The notes under the pieces were generated by a model. The model worked only from the letters and a program-made list of their open reading frames with translations, was not told the DNA's origin and made no database searches. A stretch of 64,000 nt of DNA from an uncultured Planctomycetaceae bacterium (GTDB taxonomy: Bacteria; Planctomycetota; Phycisphaerae; SM23-33), in the NCBI GenBank assembly GCA_964472875.1, contig CAYYMD010000008.1:2414-66413 (forward strand), in the 5' to 3' direction. Made by a program: the position numbers and the translations under genes. Shown here piece by piece: positions 39,976-49,037 of the stretch (positions are counted from its first letter, which is position 1; each line of letters opens with the position of its first letter).

Positions 39976-41076
39976 TCAGATGAACTTTTTCTTTTTCGGC
40001 AGTTTCCCTTTTACGTAGTTCAGGTGGTCCACCACGTTGTCCCACAGGGGGTTGTTTTTTTCCGGTTCCGGTTCGCTGGTGGCCGGTATCATTTCCAGGA
40101 GCTTCTCGAAAGCGGTGTGGGCATCTTCCCACTGTTCGTTCTGCTCGAGCACATAGGCCTTGTGGTACTGGTTAATTACACGGTTTATCAGCTCCGTTTC
40201 GGCCTTGGCGTAAATCCGTTCATCCGCTATTCGCTCGAAATCCGACCGGTTGGTGTAGGCCAGGTAAAGTTTGAAATACTTCACCGACCGATAAAGATTG
40301 CCTGGCTCCTGTTCTATGTTACGGTCTTCGTAGAGCATTCTGGCTTTATTGACTGCCCGCTCGGCTTTTACAGGGTTGCGGTGCTTGTTGGGGATGGGTT
40401 CCCGCAGGATGCTGCGTATTTTATTATCATCGAGTGCGGGCGGCGCCTTTGTTTGAACGGCCGATCCGCCTCGAAGGCGTGACAGAAGGGCGATGACGAA
40501 TATTATCACCCCCATGTAAACGCCGAAAATTATCAGATAGCGTTTGAGTTTCTTCTTTTTCTCCGCCTTCTGTTGCTTTTCCTCTTCGGTCAGCATTTCC
40601 GGCGATTCTTCCTGCTCGTCCTGCTCGGCGGGCTCGGGCGCGGATTTTCTCGGCGGCGGTTTGGGTTTTTCTTCCTCGGGCAGCTCCTGTTGCTCTTGCT
40701 CTTTTTCCTCCGGTGGGGGGGCATGTTCGGCGAGATAGTCGGCTACCGCCTGCTCGACATCGTCGCCGGCGGCTACGAACAATATCTTCGTTTCGCTGCC
40801 GATTTCAAAGACGTCGCCGGTTTCAAGCAGAATTCTCTTTTTGGGCTTTTTGTATTTTTTGCCGTTTATCCTGGTACCGTACGAAGAGAGATTGCGGACG
40901 GACCAACCGTCGGCGGTCAGTTCGAACTGCACCTGTTCTCTGGAGGCGTGCTGTTCATCCAATGTAATATCCGCCTGCGGCGACCTTCCCGCCATAGCGG
41001 AATTGCCGTCAATATCCACTCGGCGGTCTTTCTGCGGGCCTGACATGAAAACCAGTGTCGGAGCGGTCTGAGACAT
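39976..41076 (-). CDS. FHA-domain protein with acidic/Lys-rich linker, single TM helix and a periplasmic TPR-like domain (first gene of the Tad locus as drawn)
   Basis: N-terminal FHA RSPQADITLDEQHASREQVQFELTADGWSVRNLSSYGTRINGKKY...GDVFEIG. The TM helix is LIIFGVYMGVIIFVIALL. The C-terminal helical repeats show YFKLYLAY-type spacing. Confidence 0.6.
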   Translation of the reverse strand: MSQTAPTLVFMSGPQKDRRVDIDGNSAMAGRSPQADITLDEQHASREQVQFELTADGWSVRNLSSYGTRINGKKYKKPKKRILLETGDVFEIGSETKILFVAAGDDVEQAVADYLAEHAPPPEEKEQEQQELPEEEKPKPPPRKSAPEPAEQDEQEESPEMLTEEEKQQKAEKKKKLKRYLIIFGVYMGVIIFVIALLSRLRGGSAVQTKAPPALDDNKIRSILREPIPNKHRNPVKAERAVNKARMLYEDRNIEQEPGNLYRSVKYFKLYLAYTNRSDFERIADERIYAKAETELINRVINQYHKAYVLEQNEQWEDAHTAFEKLLEMIPATSEPEPEKNNPLWDNVVDHLNYVKGKLPKKKKFI

Positions 41077-42050
41077 CAGAACATACCTCCACGAATCATC
41101 CTGATAATCGCCGGGGCGAACACCGCCAGCACGACGCTCATGAGAATCAGCAGGGACGGTATGAGAATCCTGACCGATGCGACGGCGGCAGCATTTTCGG
41201 CCCGGACGCTGCGCCTCAGCCGCAGGAGGTTCGCCTCGGAATGCAGAACGTCGTGCAGCGGCGTGCCGAGTTCTTCGGCCTGGATTACGCTGGCCACGAT
41301 GCTCCGCAGCAGTTCGAGGGGGATTCTGTCGGAGAGGTTTCTAAGCGCCTTGCGTCGGGTGGAGCCCAGTTCTATTTCGGCGATGACGCTTCTTAACTCC
41401 ACGTTCAGAGGGTCGGTTGTGTCGTCTCTTACCACCGACTTGACCGCCTCGGTAAAGGTGGCCCCGGCAGCCATGGCCATTGCTATTAAATCGAGCGTAT
41501 ATGGCAGGCGCTTGGATATTTCGCTGACCCGTTTGGAGGCGGTGTCATGGAGTTTGTACAGCCGCACGAAGATGCCCCCGGCCAGGCCGACCGCTATCAC
41601 AAGAATACTGAACTGGCCGAATGAAAACAGGTAGAGCAGTTCGAGCACTATTCCCATCACAAGACCCGTCAGAACTGACACGGCCAGGTATTCTTCGGCG
41701 GTGTAGTAGTTGGGGCTGCCGGCGGCCGTCAGCCGTTGCCGCAGCCACTGCTTGGCCCGCGGCAAAGCGAGGCGGTGGCTTATCGCCAGCAGCAGCCACA
41801 TTATCGGCTGGAGAACCGGCTGTTCGAAAACGGTCCTGCGGTCGGTGTGTCCGGTGGCAAGGGCCGCCTCCCGCTGTGCAGAGACCTGGATTTTACTTTG
41901 CTGTGCGAAAACGCCGAGTATCAGTGTGGCCACCGCGGCGAACAAGCAGACCGAAATAACCAAGTCCCAGATCATGCTTCCGGGCCCGTAAGTAACCGCC
42001 GGTATCAGGATGTCCGCAAAAATTGTCATATCAGATGTCAACCGCAACAA
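41076..42050 (-). CDS. tadC: Tad/Flp pilus assembly inner-membrane protein TadC (GspF-like domain)
   Basis: T2SS-F-like domain with 3 to 4 TM helices, adjacent to tadB. Confidence 0.7.
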   Translation of the reverse strand: MLRLTSDMTIFADILIPAVTYGPGSMIWDLVISVCLFAAVATLILGVFAQQSKIQVSAQREAALATGHTDRRTVFEQPVLQPIMWLLLAISHRLALPRAKQWLRQRLTAAGSPNYYTAEEYLAVSVLTGLVMGIVLELLYLFSFGQFSILVIAVGLAGGIFVRLYKLHDTASKRVSEISKRLPYTLDLIAMAMAAGATFTEAVKSVVRDDTTDPLNVELRSVIAEIELGSTRRKALRNLSDRIPLELLRSIVASVIQAEELGTPLHDVLHSEANLLRLRRSVRAENAAAVASVRILIPSLLILMSVVLAVFAPAIIRMIRGGMF

Positions 42051-42909
42051 TTTTCTTTATCCACAAAAATCCAAGCACGTTCAGCACTATGATAAGCAGC
42101 AGGATAAGCTTTCCGATACTGTCGACGAACAGCATTCTCACATCTTCGGGCGCGACCATAAGGTACAGGATGGTCAGCACCACCGCCGGCATCGCACCCA
42201 GCCAGCGGGCCGTGGCCCGGCCCTGCGCGGTGAGCGTCTGTACGCGGCTTTCGAGGCGCTGTATCTCCCTGACGCTGTCGGCAATCCGGTCGAGAGTATT
42301 ACCCAGGTTGCCGCCTCTTTGGCGGTGCGTCTGAAGCGCCGAAAACAGCAGCCGGAAATTCCCCGACCCTATACGCTCGGCGGCGTTATCCATCGCCTCA
42401 TCCAGCGACATGCCAAATTCGTATTCCCGCAGCAGGTGGGCGAATTCCTGCCTAAGCGGCCTGGGACCGTCGCGGGCGAGCAGCTCCATCGCCTGCACAA
42501 GATTCAGCCCCGCACGCACGCCCGAGGCGAGGGTCTGCACGCCGCTTACAAGTTGCTCATCGAGCTGATTCAGACGCTTGCGCTGAAGGTAACGAAGCAC
42601 CACCCGAGGAAGCATAATTCCCGCAACGGCGCCCAGAATCCCGCCGATTATCGAACCGGCGATGATGTAGCCCAGCAGAGTCAGCAGTACGAATACCACC
42701 GCAGTGAGTATGGTGACCGTTCGGGGGCTTATGTTAAGCAGCAGCCCGGCACGGAGGACGCGGTAATATCTTTCCTCCCTCCGGTGAACCAACCCCATTA
42801 GCGGTGGCCCGCCGAGGTAAATAGCCGCGGCGGTGGCGATGAACACCACGGCCGAACTTACGGCCGTGGACACGCCAAAAGCCATCATCTGTCCTTCGGC
42901 CCAGGCCAT
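42031..42909 (-). CDS. tadB: Tad/Flp pilus assembly inner-membrane protein TadB (GspF-like domain)
   Basis: GspF-like domain; paired with tadC immediately downstream of the CpaF ATPase. Confidence 0.7.
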   Translation of the reverse strand: MAWAEGQMMAFGVSTAVSSAVVFIATAAAIYLGGPPLMGLVHRREERYYRVLRAGLLLNISPRTVTILTAVVFVLLTLLGYIIAGSIIGGILGAVAGIMLPRVVLRYLQRKRLNQLDEQLVSGVQTLASGVRAGLNLVQAMELLARDGPRPLRQEFAHLLREYEFGMSLDEAMDNAAERIGSGNFRLLFSALQTHRQRGGNLGNTLDRIADSVREIQRLESRVQTLTAQGRATARWLGAMPAVVLTILYLMVAPEDVRMLFVDSIGKLILLLIIVLNVLGFLWIKKIVAVDI

Positions 42910-44789
42910 CAGGTGAACGCTCCTACTTCAAGAAATCCATCTTCTATCAGTGCTTCGGCGAAACGCGGTATATAGCCGGTGTGTCGCAGGCGGGCCTGGG
43001 ATGGGGCCTGTCCTTTAGGTGTGCGGAGGACGTAAATATCTTCGGTTATTATCTGCGAGGTTTCCGGGTCCATGGTTAGTATCTCGGAGATGTGTGTTAT
43101 TCGGCGGCGGCCGTCCGGCATGCGGGCTATTTGCGCAATAATATCCAGCGCCGCCACCACCTGTTCGCGTATGGCTCTCACGGGCATTTCCACGGCCATC
43201 AGTACCATCGTTTCCAGACGCATCAGCATGTCTTCGGGATTGTTGGCGTGAATGGTGGTCAGCGAGCCGTCGTGACCCGTATTCATGGCCTGGAGCATGT
43301 CCAGGGCCTCGGGCCCGCGGCACTCGCCCACGATGAGCCGGTCCGGGCGCATCCGCAGGGCGTTGCGGACGAGGTCGCGGATGGTGTACTGGCCCTTGCC
43401 TTCGATGTTGGCCGGGCGCGTCTCCAGCGACACCAGGTGGTCCTGGGGAAGTTGCAGCTCCGCCGAGTCTTCTATGGTTACAATGCGTTCCTCGGACGGG
43501 ATGAAGTGGCTCAGCACGTTCAGCGTGGTGGTCTTTCCGCTGCCGGTCCCGCCGGAGATTATGATATTTTTGCGGCCGAGCACGCACGCGCGAAGAAAAT
43601 TGGCCGTTGCCTCTGTGAGCGTTTCTCTTTCAATCAGGTCATCAATGGTGAACGGTATCTGGGCGAATTTACGTATGGTAAGCGTCGGCCCCGAAAGTGA
43701 CAGCGGATTAATAACGGCGTTGACGCGCGAGCCGTCGGGCAGGCGCGCATCCACCAGCGGCTGGGAGCGGTCCACCCTCCTGCCCACCGGAGTGATGATT
43801 CGCTCTATGATGCTCTGGACGATTTCATCGGAAAAGAAGCTCCGCCCGGTGTTCTGGACCATGCCGTCTTTTTCGATATAAATCTTGTCCTTGCCGATGA
43901 CCATAATTTCATTGACGTTCGGCATCTCCAGGAGGTCCTGAAGAGGCCCGTAGCCGAGAACAACATCCTCAATTTCCTTGGAGAGCATTCGGCGGACGAT
44001 GTATTCACGCAGTTCGGGCGTGGCTTGCTTGGAAATGCGCTTAATCTGTTCGTCCCAGCCGGACTCGACCATGGAGATGTCTTCCTTGACACTGTGCGGC
44101 GCCAGTTGCAGCGGGAACCGCCCGAGCACGTCGCCCACCATGCGGGAGATTGCTTCTTCGTGCTTGCTCTGGAGCGTGTCGGTTTCGTCGAAGCCGTAAC
44201 TGTACATCAGTTTCCCGGTCGCCCTGCGGGATATCTCGGTAACCACGCTGCGCCACAGGAACTCGCGCATGAGGTGTTCGGCCATGTCCTGGTCGACCTT
44301 GTCATAGTGGGAGTCAATTATGCTCGACAGGTTGCGCTTGATGAGGGCTACGTGTTTTTTGTCCTCGGCCGAGGCCAGGTGAGAAGCCACCCGCAGGTTC
44401 AGCTGCTCCAGAAGCTCGGCATGCATCTGCTGTTCGAGGTCGACGATTTTTTTCCGCGGCGAGACGTCCCGTTTGCCGGCGGCGACGCGCTTGGCCGTGG
44501 GCGCCATCATGTACAGACTGTATTCGCCTATGCGTATTTCGTCGCCGTAGCCGATTTTGCGGCGTTGCCTAGGGCCCACCGGCTTGTTCGTCACAATCGT
44601 GTCATTCAGGCCGAGCGACTCGATGTAAAAACTGCCGCCGTCCCAGAATATGCGGGCGTGTTTCCTGGACACGAAGGGGCTTTTGAGCACGACGTTGTTG
44701 GCGTCGTCCCTTCCTATGGATATATTTTCCCGGTCGACCTGGGTGACCTTGCGCTGGTCTGTGTATTGATTGTAAATCCAGATTTCCAC
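42909..44789 (-). CDS. cpaF: CpaF/TadA-family secretion ATPase fused to an N-terminal FHA domain
   Basis: FHA domain: ISIGRDDANNVVLKSPFVSRKHARIFWDGGSFYIESLGLNDTIVTNK...GDEIRIG. ATPase core: Walker A IISGGTGSGKTT, IVTIEDSAELQL, Walker B LIVGECRG, His box. Confidence 0.9.
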   Translation of the reverse strand: MEIWIYNQYTDQRKVTQVDRENISIGRDDANNVVLKSPFVSRKHARIFWDGGSFYIESLGLNDTIVTNKPVGPRQRRKIGYGDEIRIGEYSLYMMAPTAKRVAAGKRDVSPRKKIVDLEQQMHAELLEQLNLRVASHLASAEDKKHVALIKRNLSSIIDSHYDKVDQDMAEHLMREFLWRSVVTEISRRATGKLMYSYGFDETDTLQSKHEEAISRMVGDVLGRFPLQLAPHSVKEDISMVESGWDEQIKRISKQATPELREYIVRRMLSKEIEDVVLGYGPLQDLLEMPNVNEIMVIGKDKIYIEKDGMVQNTGRSFFSDEIVQSIIERIITPVGRRVDRSQPLVDARLPDGSRVNAVINPLSLSGPTLTIRKFAQIPFTIDDLIERETLTEATANFLRACVLGRKNIIISGGTGSGKTTTLNVLSHFIPSEERIVTIEDSAELQLPQDHLVSLETRPANIEGKGQYTIRDLVRNALRMRPDRLIVGECRGPEALDMLQAMNTGHDGSLTTIHANNPEDMLMRLETMVLMAVEMPVRAIREQVVAALDIIAQIARMPDGRRRITHISEILTMDPETSQIITEDIYVLRTPKGQAPSQARLRHTGYIPRFAEALIEDGFLEVGAFT

Positions 44790-44810
44790 GTTTTTTCCAG
44801 TGTGTGTCGA

Positions 44811-45617
44811 TTATCTCCGGAAGCCGCCGCCACCTGTGGACGCCCGCTCGGTCAGTGGCTCCAGCGTCGGATTTATTCTGGGCTTGGACAGCGAGGATTC
44901 CTTGGAACTGTTGACGTAAATCCAGGCAGCGCCTTTTTTGTGACTCAGGACGTTTTCCAGTTTCTTCGCCAGTTCGGGGTCCATCTGAAGCGTTATCGAT
45001 TTATACGTCCGGGGAACTTTAACGCCGGATCTTGTGCCCCTGGGCTGGTATTCCTCCCGCGGGTACTGGCCGCCTATCGCCAGAACAGGCACGTTCTCTA
45101 TAACCCGGCAGGTGGTATATGTATCGCCCACGGGAAGAACCGCCAGCACATCGACCCTGTCGCCCCAGCTAAGTACGGTGCCCGGGGCCTTGTCCGGGTC
45201 GACTTCTATGGTGACGGCCGACATGTTCTTGGGAATGTTATAACTGGGCCGGTCTTCTCCGCCGCCGGTGACGTGTCCCCACAAAACATATTGTCCCTTG
45301 TTCACGTTCCTTGTGAGTCTCTCGCCGTCGAGGAAGGACTTTTTCGTCGAGGGGACAGGATTCGGCAGCACGTCGTACACATCCTCCGGCACGGTTACGG
45401 TGCGGATGTCTTCTTCGGCTTCGATTTCGTGGCCGAGGGTTAGATACTTGTTATACTTGAGAAGTTTTACGGTTTCGCCCCTTGCGGCGCTGCGGACGTG
45501 TGCGACGTGCACATTGTAGATTATCACCACAATCACCGCCAGCACCAAGGCGGTTATCAACAGTCCCTTGTTCTTTATTCCAGGTTTGCCTTCGCCGTTG
45601 TCATTATCCTGGGCCAT
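44811..45617 (-). CDS. cpaB: Flp pilus assembly protein CpaB/RcpC (SAF domain)
   Basis: N-terminal TM anchor followed by SAF/CpaB-like beta-rich domains. Confidence 0.7.
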   Translation of the reverse strand: MAQDNDNGEGKPGIKNKGLLITALVLAVIVVIIYNVHVAHVRSAARGETVKLLKYNKYLTLGHEIEAEEDIRTVTVPEDVYDVLPNPVPSTKKSFLDGERLTRNVNKGQYVLWGHVTGGGEDRPSYNIPKNMSAVTIEVDPDKAPGTVLSWGDRVDVLAVLPVGDTYTTCRVIENVPVLAIGGQYPREEYQPRGTRSGVKVPRTYKSITLQMDPELAKKLENVLSHKKGAAWIYVNSSKESSLSKPRINPTLEPLTERASTGGGGFRR

Positions 45618-45632
45618 TAATGTCTCCTGTTG

Positions 45633-46253
45633 TTATTCGGCGGGCCGTACCGCCATAAATTCTATACGTATTATTTTCTCAAGAGTCGGACAGTTTCGCA
45701 ACCGTAGTATCAGCAATACTGTCCCGCCGTCGTCGTTGCGGATAAAAATATCTTTATCCGGGGATGCTTTACGGTCGCCGGCAGGAGGTGAATAGAATCC
45801 CATATCCCGTGCGATTTGCCGGTAATGTTCGCGTGTAGAAGTTTTGCTTGCCGGGCAGAGATAGCTTGCATGCTGGTAAAGATGTCCTCCCACGATCCGG
45901 CTGAAGGCGGCCTGTTTGACAGCACGGAGGGGTGGCGGGATTTTGGCCGGGTCGCCTTCCATTTGTTTGAGATTATTTCGTGCAGCCGTTGCGGGGTTTT
46001 CGGCCGATTCGAGCAGACCCTCAATTGCCATTGACGAAGGCGTCTGCGAAGTACTATCGCCGCCAACTGCCCCCGTATCGCCGGGAACGGACGGCCGATT
46101 CGCATCGCCGCCGGCGGTGAAAAATATATATGCCTGCCAGGCGGCGAAAACCACGGCTACCAGCAGGCAGAAATACAATATCGACTTCCAGAATAATTTT
46201 CGCCTGGCCGATTTCTCCTGCTCGGCGCTTTCGGCGTAATTAGGTGCATTCAT
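45633..46253 (-). CDS. Hypothetical membrane-anchored protein of the Tad locus
   Basis: Single N-terminal TM (SILYFCLLVAVVFAAWQAYIFF); no recognisable motifs; conserved operon position. Confidence 0.4.
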   Translation of the reverse strand: MNAPNYAESAEQEKSARRKLFWKSILYFCLLVAVVFAAWQAYIFFTAGGDANRPSVPGDTGAVGGDSTSQTPSSMAIEGLLESAENPATAARNNLKQMEGDPAKIPPPLRAVKQAAFSRIVGGHLYQHASYLCPASKTSTREHYRQIARDMGFYSPPAGDRKASPDKDIFIRNDDGGTVLLILRLRNCPTLEKIIRIEFMAVRPAE

Positions 46254-46267
46254 GGCGTGATTAGTCT

Positions 46268-46897
46268 CTACCAGTTGACAAGGTATAAATCGCGGAACGT
46301 TTTCCCCATATCGGTGCCGGGTTGAGAAACGTTGCTTAGGGTCTGATCAAGTTCCGAAAAGTAGACTTCGGAAAGTTCTTTCCAGCACCGGGCCTCGTTA
46401 CGGCGCCACTGTCTCCCGTCGCGGATGTGATAACTTTGCATCGGCCCGGTTATGAACTGACGCCAATAACTCTGTGGTGGGGGGAATTCCACCGTCAATT
46501 CCGTGCCATGGCCACGGGGGTATTTTTCGACAACAGTTTCGCGCACAAATTCTTCGGCGGGGCTGTAATCTTCGCCCGATTTGGCGGCCAGTGCGTGCAG
46601 TGTATCTTCGGGGCCGTCGCTGTTTCTTCGGTGGACTATTTCCCCGCCGCCGGAAAGGAACAAATCCTCCAGCCGAAGACCGGATGGCCATCCTCCCCCC
46701 TTGGCGCTCTTCCAGGCCGAGTATCTGCTGGCGATCTTCACCTGCTGTTTATTCCTGTTGGCCCAGCCGAAAAAGAAAATCAGACTGATTATCATCGCCA
46801 GAAACGGAATGCTGACCACCGTCTCGAAGATTGCGCTGCCGGACTGTTTATGCCGACGCCGGCGGTGCGGGAAAGTTGTTTTTATAAGTTTGTGCAT
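46268..46897 (-). CDS. TadE-like pseudopilin/assembly protein
   Basis: N-terminal TadE-like segment SGSAIFETVVSIPFLAMIISLIFFFGW. Confidence 0.6.
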   Translation of the reverse strand: MHKLIKTTFPHRRRRHKQSGSAIFETVVSIPFLAMIISLIFFFGWANRNKQQVKIASRYSAWKSAKGGGWPSGLRLEDLFLSGGGEIVHRRNSDGPEDTLHALAAKSGEDYSPAEEFVRETVVEKYPRGHGTELTVEFPPPQSYWRQFITGPMQSYHIRDGRQWRRNEARCWKELSEVYFSELDQTLSNVSQPGTDMGKTFRDLYLVNW

Positions 46898-46918
46898 GTT
46901 TCAGTGTTATTTTGCGAA

Positions 46919-48997
46919 TCAGTGCTTAATGTACATCTCGGCCATGTCCTCGTCCACGGCCATCATGTACTCATATACCTTTTGCAGTTCGTCGTAAGTC
47001 AACAGGTGGCCGACCGAATCTATCTCCGATGAGCCCTCGTCGAGCCGCCAGGCCCAGTCCCGCCACTTGCTAACGGGCATCAGAGCGGTTTGCCAGTCCT
47101 GTGTCCACAAATCGAAACTTGAATTATTGAACACCTTGGATTGCGATACCGCCACCATTTGTTCGGCAGGGTTGGGGTTTTGGAAACGGTTCGACCAGAC
47201 CGTGCTGACGTCCCCGGCTCCGCCGACGCCAAGGTAGGTAAAGTATTCCCTGCGGAAACCCTCGTCGGGGTCCGAGCGGTATTCAGGCGCCGGGCCAGGA
47301 TCGTAATCGCCTGTGGAGGTGTCCAGCAACATAGGCGCCGGCAGTTCCGCGTACTGGTCCCAGTTACACGGATTGTCTATTTCCACCTCCGCGCCTACGT
47401 CAATACCGCCGAATGTATACCACGCAACCACGTAGACATCCTGGAACAGCGGCTCGCCGGTCATAGGATCGACTTTTTCCTGAATGCCTATCCGGTGATC
47501 ATAGGTGGTCTGGTAGGTGTAACTGTCTTTCCAGACGTAATTAGATACCATCGGCACCGACCAGTTCTCCGGGTCGTTCCAGCCGGGAGTCCAGATTGAG
47601 ATGGGATACTTGCCGTTGGTGTAATATGTTCCGGGGCTGAGCCAGTTGGGTGAATTCTCCGGAACGGAAGACACTATCTCCACCAGATAAAACATGGTGC
47701 GGTCAACACTCACATCATTGCGCTGGGCCGTTTCTCGCGCGGTGGGGTAATCCGTTATCCATTGTGGGTAATGTATGGTCTGCCGTGTTCCTGAGTCAAA
47801 CATGTAGCCCAGTTTGATGTCGGCGATTTTGCGGATGTAATGATAAAAATAGGTATCGGGCAGTTTGCCGCGGTGGTGCCGGCCGTGATCATACGCCCAC
47901 CAGTTTATGCGATCCATCGCCCAGTGATAAGGACCTTCAGCGCCATACCCGATGTGTACACGGTTAGTTACATTTCTCCAGTGTCCCGGGCGTCCTCCGC
48001 TTCTCTGTTTGGCCGAGGCCCCGACGCGCCTGCCGCCCACGTTCACGCTACCGCTGCCGCCTCTGACAAGCGGACCGGGGGTGCCCGGCACCCATTCCCT
48101 TCCGATTACCTCGGTCCTGTACAGAGGGTATCGCCAGCGATACAGGCGGGCCCACGGGCCCAGGCGGTGAGGCCACTGGCCGTCGGGAATAGCCCCGCCA
48201 CGTCCGCCGGTGTATCTGAATGTCGCGCAGTTGCTGTAAACGTGTTCACGTCCCTGGAGCGTGGGCTGGTAATCGCGAAACTCGCCGCGTTTTGCCGGTG
48301 GCCGCGGCACAACGGGAATCAGAAAGGCCGTATCGGTCTCGTTGGCCTGTCCGAATTGAACGGCATCGGCCTGCGCCAGCATGCCCGCGGCCTCAATGGC
48401 GGACTGCGAAAAATTATCCAGTGTGGTTACCGCCTGCCAGAATTTGCCGTTAGGCGGCGCGCTGCCTCCGCCGCGGATTGCCCAGTGCGTGGTCTGGTCC
48501 ATCTCGAAGCCACCCTGGTTAAGTGCCTCGTTCATGGCCGAAAGAATCTCGCTCTGGTGAAGCATTCTTTGGCGGAGAGATTCGAGCCCTTCGGTGAGGT
48601 ATGTCTCCGGTGTGCCCCGCGACACCTGGTTGCTTAGGGCCTGTTCCCAGGCCTGCAACTCTTCTGCCGACATCTGGACCGAAAGCGGCAGTGCATCCAT
48701 AATCGGAACCATTGCCAGAATGCGCGAAGACGCCACGTTGTTCATGGCCACCAGGTTCAGCGTGCGGGCTATCCAGCCGCCGCCGCTCACGGCCGCGGCA
48801 TCGGCGGTGTTCTGGCATTCCAGGCGCCGGTTGGCCTGGACCCCCATGTTCAGGACGTAAAACACCACTCCCACCAACAGCGTCATGGCCAGCAGCAGCA
48901 CCACCAGTATCTGCCCGCCGGCTTTTCGGCCGGGATATGGACGCCGGGCCCGAATGGCTACTTTCTGTTTCGATGCGATTTTTTTACCGTTCTGCAT
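46919..48997 (-). CDS. tadG: TadG-like large pilus-assembly protein (Tad/TadE-G-like N-terminal domain)
   Basis: 692 aa. N-terminal TM plus GQILVVLLLAMTLLVGVVFYVLNMGVQANRRLECQNTADAAAVSGGGWIA matches the TadE/G-like N-terminal family, followed by a long extracytoplasmic region. Confidence 0.6.
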   Translation of the reverse strand: MQNGKKIASKQKVAIRARRPYPGRKAGGQILVVLLLAMTLLVGVVFYVLNMGVQANRRLECQNTADAAAVSGGGWIARTLNLVAMNNVASSRILAMVPIMDALPLSVQMSAEELQAWEQALSNQVSRGTPETYLTEGLESLRQRMLHQSEILSAMNEALNQGGFEMDQTTHWAIRGGGSAPPNGKFWQAVTTLDNFSQSAIEAAGMLAQADAVQFGQANETDTAFLIPVVPRPPAKRGEFRDYQPTLQGREHVYSNCATFRYTGGRGGAIPDGQWPHRLGPWARLYRWRYPLYRTEVIGREWVPGTPGPLVRGGSGSVNVGGRRVGASAKQRSGGRPGHWRNVTNRVHIGYGAEGPYHWAMDRINWWAYDHGRHHRGKLPDTYFYHYIRKIADIKLGYMFDSGTRQTIHYPQWITDYPTARETAQRNDVSVDRTMFYLVEIVSSVPENSPNWLSPGTYYTNGKYPISIWTPGWNDPENWSVPMVSNYVWKDSYTYQTTYDHRIGIQEKVDPMTGEPLFQDVYVVAWYTFGGIDVGAEVEIDNPCNWDQYAELPAPMLLDTSTGDYDPGPAPEYRSDPDEGFRREYFTYLGVGGAGDVSTVWSNRFQNPNPAEQMVAVSQSKVFNNSSFDLWTQDWQTALMPVSKWRDWAWRLDEGSSEIDSVGHLLTYDELQKVYEYMMAVDEDMAEMYIKH

Positions 48998-49037
48998 ATT
49001 ACAGTAAATTATAGGCGTCGCGCCAGGCCCGAAACCT

